A stretch of DNA of 23,039 nucleotides from Candidatus Limnocylindrales bacterium (lineage in GTDB: Bacteria; Moduliflexota; Moduliflexia; Moduliflexales; JAUQPW01): NCBI GenBank assembly GCA_035559535.1, contig DATMBG010000032.1, positions 124,001-147,039 of the forward strand, read 5' to 3'. Made by a program: the position numbers and the translations under genes. The notes beneath the pieces were generated by a model. That model was not told the origin of the DNA and did not search any database. It saw nothing but the letters and a program-made list of their open reading frames with translations. This document shows positions 16,849 to 23,039 of this stretch, piece after piece (the stretch's first letter is position 1; each line of letters begins with the position of its first letter).

Positions 16849-17178
16849 ATGGATGCCAAACAGCTTGAAAGAATGACCATCCTCGAGCTCCGGGAGGAGG
16901 CCCGTAAGTTTCCGGATATTCAAGGAGTCAGTGGAATGAAAAAAGAGGATTTGCTTAGAATTCTCAAGGAGAAATACGGAATTAAGGATACGGGGCCCAA
17001 GGAAGATCTGGCTTATAAACAGCAACTTAAAGCAAAAATTCGGAAACTTAAAGCTGAGAGGGATCAGGCACTTCAAGCCAAAGATGCGGCAAAGGTGAAA
17101 CAGTTAAGAAAGTTAATTAAGCGGCTAAAACGAAAAACAAGAAAAATTGCGGAAAAAACAAAGGCTACTGCCGCCTAA
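16849..17178 (+). CDS. Small basic protein with a Rho N-terminal-like domain and a Lys-rich coiled coil
   Basis: LERMTILELREEARKF..IQGVSGMKKEDLL resembles Rho_N; the ATG at 16849 is preferred over the TTG at 16822. Confidence 0.75.
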   Translation: MDAKQLERMTILELREEARKFPDIQGVSGMKKEDLLRILKEKYGIKDTGPKEDLAYKQQLKAKIRKLKAERDQALQAKDAAKVKQLRKLIKRLKRKTRKIAEKTKATAA

Positions 17179-17352
17179 GGGGAAGGAATAGAACCGGAAG
17201 ATGAAGCTGGGTTCAGATTCTGTTTGCAGGTGATTCAGGGTCTCATACTTTACGTTTTAAATTTGCCAGGCAGTTTATGGGGTAGGGGGGGGATAGCCCC
17301 GGAGGTTTTTAAAGATTCTGTATCCATGAAGTAAGTGAAAGAAGAAATACTT

Positions 17353-17424
17353 CTCCTGCCCCCTCCAAGGGGGATTTAGTGAGGAGTAAGGTTTTGTGAG
17401 TCCCCCTTTGAGGGGGCAGAGGAG
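17353..17424. repeat. Inverted pair of REP-like palindromes (CCCCCT-x-AGGGGG type)
   Basis: CTCCTGCCCCCTCCAAGGGGGA ... TCCCCCTTTGAGGGGGCAGAGGAG. Confidence 0.75.
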
Positions 17425-17629
17425 CATTTAAAGAGAAAAAGATTACACCTACCAAAAGGATACCGACTTGTCTTTAAATGTTTCACGGGATGTAGGGCTA
17501 ACTTTTGCCAGATATAAACCTATTTTTTTTTGCCTATTCTTAACAACTTATATGATAGGGAAAAACACGTTGCTATCCGCGCGATGCGCAATTCATTGCA
17601 CTTTTCTAACCTTCTGAGTGAAGAGGTTT

Positions 17630-17791
17630 TCAATCCCCCCACTCTTCTTCCTCTTCAAGAGCAATATCCAATTCAAGTGGTACATCGCTGATAACTTCCA
17701 ACTCAATGCCACATTCCGGGCAATAGACGATATCGCCCTTTTCTACATCGGACATATTGATTTCTGCTTCGCATTGTGGACAGATAGCCAT
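17630..17791 (-). CDS. lysW: LysW-like zinc-ribbon acidic amino-group carrier protein (53 aa)
   Basis: Manual translation: MAICPQCEAEINMSDVEKGDIVYCPECGIELEVISDVPLELDIALEEEEEWGD*. Two CPxC motifs, an acidic tail and a perfect SD AAGGAGGT. Shorter than anything in the ORF track. Confidence 0.85.
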   Translation of the reverse strand: MAICPQCEAEINMSDVEKGDIVYCPECGIELEVISDVPLELDIALEEEEEWGD

Positions 17792-17825
17792 ATTTCTACC
17801 TCCTTTTTCGAACTTTTCAGATATT

Positions 17826-18263
17826 TTAATTTGCCGGATCTAACTTCCCCATCTTTTTAAAATCCAGATAACCTTGCAAAATAAGGGCCGCAGCGATTTT
17901 ATCGACAACCTTTTTTCTTTTTTTAGGGTGAACTTCGGCTTCTTCCAGCACACGATCCGCAGCTATTGTCGTAAGTCGCTCGTCCCAGGTTCGTACAGGC
18001 AGTTTAAAATACTTTTTCAGTCTTGCTATAAAGTTAAGTATTTCCTCTGCCTGCTCTCCTAAAGAATTATTCATGTTTCGAGGAAGTCCCACTACAATTT
18101 CACCTATCTGATATCGATCTATTACATGGGATAAAGCCTGAAAATCCTTCTTTAAACTTTTTCTCTGAATAGTTCCTACTCCTTGAGCCGTTAAATGTAA
18201 TACATCACTTACGGCTATCCCAATGGTCTTGCTTCCAACATCCAGTCCTAAAATTCTATATAT
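17826..18263 (-). CDS. ruvX: YqgF/RuvX nuclease (pre-16S rRNA maturation / putative Holliday junction resolvase); non-canonical start
   Basis: The frame is open upstream of GTG 18092 and encodes RILGLDVGSKTIGIAVSD; also VGLP, WDERLTT, VDKIAAALILQGYLD. Candidate starts are ATA 18263 or ATT 18275. Confidence 0.92.
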   Translation of the reverse strand: MYRILGLDVGSKTIGIAVSDVLHLTAQGVGTIQRKSLKKDFQALSHVIDRYQIGEIVVGLPRNMNNSLGEQAEEILNFIARLKKYFKLPVRTWDERLTTIAADRVLEEAEVHPKKRKKVVDKIAAALILQGYLDFKKMGKLDPAN

Positions 18264-18331
18264 GTTCTCCTTAATCTTCTAAACCTCCCTCTTTCTCCGA
18301 CTGTCTGGGCAAGGGTCTTTAGCGATGAATT

Positions 18332-18360
18332 AAGTTAAACCTGAGTCCTCGATTTGTCAA
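18332..18360 (-). promoter_or_regulatory. Putative sigma70 promoter for ruvX-lysW
   Basis: Minus strand TTGACA-17 bp-TAACTT. Confidence 0.5.
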
Positions 18361-18453
18361 GGCTTTTTAAGCATTGGAAGATTTATGGCTTCAAGAAACC
18401 TGGCATAAATTTTTGAACTATCTTAGGTTAAGTCTACAATTCTAAGAACCCTT

Positions 18454-20448
18454 TTATTTTAGCCGTAAAAAGGAATCAGGAAAGAAAGTCTTCTGAGATT
18501 GTAATTGAGAAGTTCCGGTTGGAAAGGTGTAGCGATATAATCCGTTTCCTGCCGTTCCTACATAGATAGTCTCTGAATTTACTACATGGACGGTCATAGT
18601 TTCAATTTCCCTGTCAGGTCCAAAATCTAATCTTACTTTTTCCCAGGTTAAGCCATCGTCTTGACTTCGGTAGATCTGATGGCCTGTCTCTTCCACTACA
18701 TAAAGAACCCCTGGAGAGATAGGATCGACGGCGATCCTTTTAATACCCGGGTTATCGGATCGGATGGGAATGGCTTTCCATTCAAATCCACCGTTTGAGC
18801 TTTTAAACAACCCCTTTGAAGTCCCCACAAAAAGGACCTGAGGATCATCGGGTTTTAGAGCCACAGCCTGTATTTTCTGGTTTCCGAGAACCCTGGTAGG
18901 TAATTTCTTCCACTTGAGTCCGCCATCCAGGCTTCGATAGAGACCACCTCCTGTACCGGCGTAGAGGATTTTTGGATTTAGCGGGTTTATTTCTATGGCA
19001 TACAGGCGTTTTCCTTGCAGTTCGAGTTGTGACCATTCTTTTCCTCCTGACGTGCTTTTAAACAACCCGTGCGGAGTTCCAGCATAGACAACTTCAGATT
19101 GGTAAGGGTCTACCGCCAGGGTTGTAATCCGCTCCCGGCCTAAAATTCCAGGACTTTTAGTCCAGCTTTCTCCACCGTTGGTAGTTTTAAACACACCGGC
19201 CCAGGTTCCGGCGTAGATGGTCGAAGGATTCAGCAGATTCGTAGCCAGGACTTCAACATTGAAGTTAGTGAGACCCCGGGTCATTTTTTTCCAATGGATA
19301 CCCCCATCTTTACTCTGGAAAACGCCACCGAAATTCCTTCCGTTCAAGGTTCCCACATAAATAATTTGAGGATTATGGGGGCTCTGAATCAGGGTTCGAA
19401 TATGGGTATTGGTAATACCCCGGTTTGTTTCCATCCAGGTGAGACCTCCATCTTCGCTTTTAATAACAGCCCCATTTTCAATCCCTACATATATTTTTTT
19501 GTTATTGCGGGGATGAATTACAATAGACCAGACGATAAGGGAGTCTTCGGTGATCAATTGCCAGGTAGCCCCGGCATCGGTACTCTTAAAGAGTCCTCCT
19601 ACGGTCCCGGCATAAAGGACTTTAGGATCCTGGGGATCCAAGGCAATGGACTGAACCCGAATAGTGGTAAGTCCTTCTTTTTTAGAAAATTTCCTCCATA
19701 CTTTTCCCCCATTGGGGGTTTTAAAGATCCCGTTGCAGGTAGCTGCATAGAGGGTATTTGGAGACCTGGTATCTATAAGTAGAGAAAAAACATCCGAGTC
19801 CAGATCCATCCCAACCGGGATAAGGGACCAGCTTATCCCGCCATTGGTACTTTTATAAACCCGCCGCCAACTTCCGGCATATAGGATCTGGGGGTTTTCA
19901 GGGTCGATGGCCAGGGATTCGATATGGATATTCTCCAGTCCTCGATTCGAACAAACCCAGGTAATCCCCGCATCGGTACTCTTATAAACCCCATTCAAAG
20001 TTCCGGCATACATAATATCTGGAAGAGAGGGATCGAAAGCCAATACGCGGACATCTACATTCTGAAGGCCGGATCCAATCCGCTTCCAGGTCTTTCCAGC
20101 ATCCGGACTCTTAAAGAGCCCTCCCTTATTCCATAACCCCCAGGTCCCTGCATAGATAATTTTAGGATTCCAGGGATGAAGGACCAGGGTCTTAATGGCA
20201 ATACCCTTTTCGCCCAGGCCGGGTTGGAGTCTCACCCACCATTTCCCTTCATTTTCACTTTTATAAATTTGTCCATCATTGGTTCCAGCATAGAGGATAT
20301 GGGGATTCTTAGGATCCAAAGCCAGGGCAGTTACATCACCACCAAAAGGCCCTAAAGCGATCCACTCGTCGGCTCCTGGTTTAGAAAAACCATCAGAAGA
20401 AAGGTAAAAGACCCACAGAAAAGAAATAAGAATTATTCGTATGGTCAT
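18454..20448 (-). CDS. Secreted BNR/Asp-box beta-propeller protein (VPS10/YCF48-like)
   Basis: Signal peptide; about 14 repeats of the form A.DP..P..LYAGT..G.FKS.DGG.TW, consistent with two 7-blade propellers. Confidence 0.9.
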   Translation of the reverse strand: MTIRIILISFLWVFYLSSDGFSKPGADEWIALGPFGGDVTALALDPKNPHILYAGTNDGQIYKSENEGKWWVRLQPGLGEKGIAIKTLVLHPWNPKIIYAGTWGLWNKGGLFKSPDAGKTWKRIGSGLQNVDVRVLAFDPSLPDIMYAGTLNGVYKSTDAGITWVCSNRGLENIHIESLAIDPENPQILYAGSWRRVYKSTNGGISWSLIPVGMDLDSDVFSLLIDTRSPNTLYAATCNGIFKTPNGGKVWRKFSKKEGLTTIRVQSIALDPQDPKVLYAGTVGGLFKSTDAGATWQLITEDSLIVWSIVIHPRNNKKIYVGIENGAVIKSEDGGLTWMETNRGITNTHIRTLIQSPHNPQIIYVGTLNGRNFGGVFQSKDGGIHWKKMTRGLTNFNVEVLATNLLNPSTIYAGTWAGVFKTTNGGESWTKSPGILGRERITTLAVDPYQSEVVYAGTPHGLFKSTSGGKEWSQLELQGKRLYAIEINPLNPKILYAGTGGGLYRSLDGGLKWKKLPTRVLGNQKIQAVALKPDDPQVLFVGTSKGLFKSSNGGFEWKAIPIRSDNPGIKRIAVDPISPGVLYVVEETGHQIYRSQDDGLTWEKVRLDFGPDREIETMTVHVVNSETIYVGTAGNGLYRYTFPTGTSQLQSQKTFFPDSFLRLK

Positions 20449-20460
20449 GGCCTAATGGGC

Positions 20461-22107
20461 TTATTTTATCAGTCTATAAATTTCTACCCGTCGATTTTGC
20501 CTGCGACCTTCTTCGGTGTCATTAGATGCGATGGCTCTGGTCGAACCCAAAGATTCTATCCGGATTCGCCGGGGTTCAATACCGTGACGCGTAATTAAAT
20601 AACTTTTTACACTTTCTGCTCTTCTTAAACCCATCCGCTTATTTGCAGTCTCGCTTCCGGCGGAGTCGGTATGCCCTTCAATGAGAATATCCTGATCCGG
20701 GAACTTTTTAAGGACTATGGCAATATTATCCAGGGCGGCCTTAGCCAGGTTATTTAACCGGGCGCTTCCCTTGTCAAAGGGAAGTTTGCCTTCCAGGATC
20801 CTTTCACATCTGACAACAATGGTTCGGCTTTGGGTAACGGGGCATTGGGCGTCGCTTACGGTAACGGTAAGGGTATAAGTGATCGAAGGACCTCCGATAG
20901 TTCTGCAATCCGGGGCAGTCCAGATGACTTCCCCTCCGCTCCCCACGATTTCGCCACCAGTAGCAGTCCACTGATAGGTTAAGGGGTTATTGTCAGCATC
21001 GGTTGCCTTTGCAGAAATCTTAATTCTCTCGTTTCCCGGGATTTCGGAAGCACTCAAGGCAACTTCGGTGATCTCGGGGCATCGATTCACTATGGGAGGT
21101 TCTACAGGAATAACCTGCGTGGGTGGAGGAGCTGGTGTTGGGGGAGGTACCTGGGCAATCCGGGTATCCGACTTTCGCATAAAAGAGTAGGTAAGTCCGC
21201 CGAAAACTCTCCAGTTTGGAGCTTCGGGTACGGCATTTTCATTTACAAGTTTAAACCCACCCCCGCCGGTTAAGACAAAACTCTCACTTAATCCCAGGTG
21301 AATACCTACATTGAGCTGACCGGGATTATCTACTTTATCCTCGACGGGTATCCCCAACAGATTAACAACCTGATCTTCTTCCTCACTTCCAAATTCATGT
21401 AAAAAGGTTGCCTCTGCAAACAAATTGACCTTGTTCCCTCCTGCCAGGGAAAAATCTAAACCGGCTCCATAAACCAGAGAATCCTGGAGACTACGAAGTA
21501 AGGGATTGGGATCCCCTGCCTTATATCCAGAAATGAAAAAGCCAACGTTGCCATAAAGGTTTAGGGGGCCAACATGCTTGGTGAGGATTCCACCCAGGGT
21601 ATAATCAGTACTTCCACTTCCCAGCCCGATTTTCTCATCCCCATTGGGAAAAGAAACCAGGCCGTAAAGGGCAATAGCCGGAATACCACCGGTTTCGTTG
21701 AGGATCCGATATTTGCCCGAGACGGTTATATCCCCAATCCCACTCTCAGAAAATTCAGGAGTTCCATGGGTAGCAGGAAGAAATAAATCCAGGGCAGGTA
21801 CAGACACACCTATTTGAAATCGGGGTATAAGACCCAGGGCGGCTCCCAACCTTACTTCAGTTAACTCAGGTTTACGTGGATCTTCAGGCAGGTCAAGCCG
21901 GGAATAATCCACATAAACCCCTATAGAAAACTCCCAGGGAGCCGGAGTCTCCGTACCAAACAGTGTATATAAACCGGAAAGCCCAAATTTGGTTGGTACC
22001 TCCCGATTACTTTCTTTTGTCGTTGCCGCAAATGTACCGCAAGAACCAATCCACACTAGGACAATTAAACTCAGAATGACAGACACCACAACATATTTTT
22101 TCTCCAT
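20461..22107 (-). CDS. OmpA-family protein: N-terminal beta-barrel, Pro linker, Ig/PKD-like domain, OmpA C domain
   Basis: IEGHTDSAG...N..MGLRRAESVKSYL...RRQNRRVEI; ATDADNNPLTYQWTATGG (Ig-like); PPPTPAPPP linker; SD AAGGAGG. Confidence 0.9.
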   Translation of the reverse strand: MEKKYVVVSVILSLIVLVWIGSCGTFAATTKESNREVPTKFGLSGLYTLFGTETPAPWEFSIGVYVDYSRLDLPEDPRKPELTEVRLGAALGLIPRFQIGVSVPALDLFLPATHGTPEFSESGIGDITVSGKYRILNETGGIPAIALYGLVSFPNGDEKIGLGSGSTDYTLGGILTKHVGPLNLYGNVGFFISGYKAGDPNPLLRSLQDSLVYGAGLDFSLAGGNKVNLFAEATFLHEFGSEEEDQVVNLLGIPVEDKVDNPGQLNVGIHLGLSESFVLTGGGGFKLVNENAVPEAPNWRVFGGLTYSFMRKSDTRIAQVPPPTPAPPPTQVIPVEPPIVNRCPEITEVALSASEIPGNERIKISAKATDADNNPLTYQWTATGGEIVGSGGEVIWTAPDCRTIGGPSITYTLTVTVSDAQCPVTQSRTIVVRCERILEGKLPFDKGSARLNNLAKAALDNIAIVLKKFPDQDILIEGHTDSAGSETANKRMGLRRAESVKSYLITRHGIEPRRIRIESLGSTRAIASNDTEEGRRQNRRVEIYRLIK

Positions 22108-22541
22108 GAAAACCTCCTTTGGTAAAACTTTAAAGTACTTTTCCCCTTTCGCAAACTCCCTCCACCCTGTCTAAACTTATTAAAGATAACCAACGGCAGG
22201 TCAAATAAAAACAAAACTGCGCCTGCTATCTACCATTGATATGAAAACTTTTCAAGAGAAAAATAAAGTTATATACGTTTATTTAAGCATTATTTTTGAC
22301 GGTTGTTAGTTACGAGGATTAAATGAGGATTAAATTAGGTGTAGAAGATCTTAGGAGCACGGGCATCCTACCTGCTATTTTTAAAAGGATTTGGAATTGG
22401 AAGTTAGGCATTAGAGGAATCCCCAACTCCCAATTCCTACCATATCGGATTGGAATTGAGAGGGTTCTGACTTCTTTTGATTGAATGAAACCTCCAGGTA
22501 GGGCTGGTGAAGACTTCTGGCGACTGTTATAAAGTTCTGAG

Positions 22542-22677
22542 CTAGTGCTTTGTTACTTTAATTTTGCTTAATGTTTAAGTGACCCTCACCCCCGGCCCCT
22601 CTCCCACGCTGCAGAAGAGGGGAGCTGGGGAGTGAAAGTAGCCCTATGAGGTCAAAATTAAGTAAACAGTGTACTAG
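22542..22677. mobile_element. MITE-like element, copy 2
   Basis: Near-identical to 6968-7102; bounded by CTAG at both ends (22542-22545 and 22674-22677). Confidence 0.8.
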
Positions 22678-23039
22678 TTTCAAGGAGATGTCCGGTTCCT
22701 TGTGGAGTCGTTCCCTTATGTAGATGATCTCTGATGATATTTCATGATTCCTATAGGGGAGCATAAAATAACTCAACAGCAGTCAACCTCAAAAGGTCTA
22801 TTTCAAGCAAGGAAAAACAAGCCAAAAGAGATTAGTATTATGATAAATATTAGGCTTGAAGCTACAAAGGGAAATATCCCTAAAAACAGTTCCGAATCCC
22901 ATTTCCGGTCAGAAGTGCCCTATGTTGTTACGGACCCTTCCAAATTTTGTCCCTGACCCCTAACCCCCTTCGCACCACCCCAAGGGACCCCCACCGTTAA
23001 ATTTTAGAGAAACTCTCCCCATTTTTAACTTCCTACCCC

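Noticed and set aside
16849..17178. Transcription termination factor Rho
   Set aside because: Only a Rho_N-like helical segment is present; there is no RNA-binding OB fold or ATPase domain.
17618..17860. 80-aa plus-strand ORF
   Set aside because: Antisense shadow of the LysW-like gene, which has the SD and recognisable motifs.
94..22174. Remaining antisense or overlapping ORFs in the track (e.g. 94-522, 2407-2931, 3074-3580, 7131-7571, 19294-19782)
   Set aside because: They overlap well-supported genes and have no recognisable motifs.
22355..22465. Short palindromic or heptamer-like repeats (GCACGGGCATCCTACCTGC; TTGGAATTGG...CCAATTCC)
   Set aside because: Degenerate and single-copy here; cannot be distinguished from decayed REP remnants.
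6968..22677. Composite transposon bounded by the two MITE copies
   Set aside because: The cargo is housekeeping (lpxK, ruvX, pil genes), there is no transposase and no compositional shift; independent insertions are more likely.
22558..22956. ORFs 22558-22776 (-) and 22744-22956 (+)
   Set aside because: The first runs through the MITE; the second has no SD or recognisable motif.

Overview
This is a chromosomal window (about 44% GC by eye) from a diderm, lipid A-producing bacterium. No rRNA, tRNA, cas or transposase gene was seen. In order it contains: the 3' end of a GlcF-like Fe-S protein gene, a thioredoxin-like [2Fe-2S] ferredoxin, a GT9 glycosyltransferase, a secreted DUF4384/PEGA-like protein, a DinF-type MATE transporter, speA, a cyclophilin-like protein, a pilB-pilC-pilT-cNMP-protein operon, lpxL, lpxK, an exported hypothetical protein, an outer-membrane beta-barrel, a small Rho-N-like basic protein, a LysW-like carrier protein missed by the ORF track, ruvX/yqgF, a BNR beta-propeller protein and an OmpA-family protein. 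Highlights: (1) the orphan LysW-like protein ends EEWGD instead of EDWGE; (2) PilB has about three tandem MshEN-like modules and shares an operon with a cNMP-domain protein lacking an HTH; (3) two conserved genes (MATE, ruvX) have no in-frame ATG/GTG/TTG ahead of their conserved N-termini; (4) a 135-bp MITE-like element occurs twice; (5) a 38-bp in-frame duplication lies just beyond the GT9 stop codon. All family calls come from recognising motifs by eye; no searches were run.
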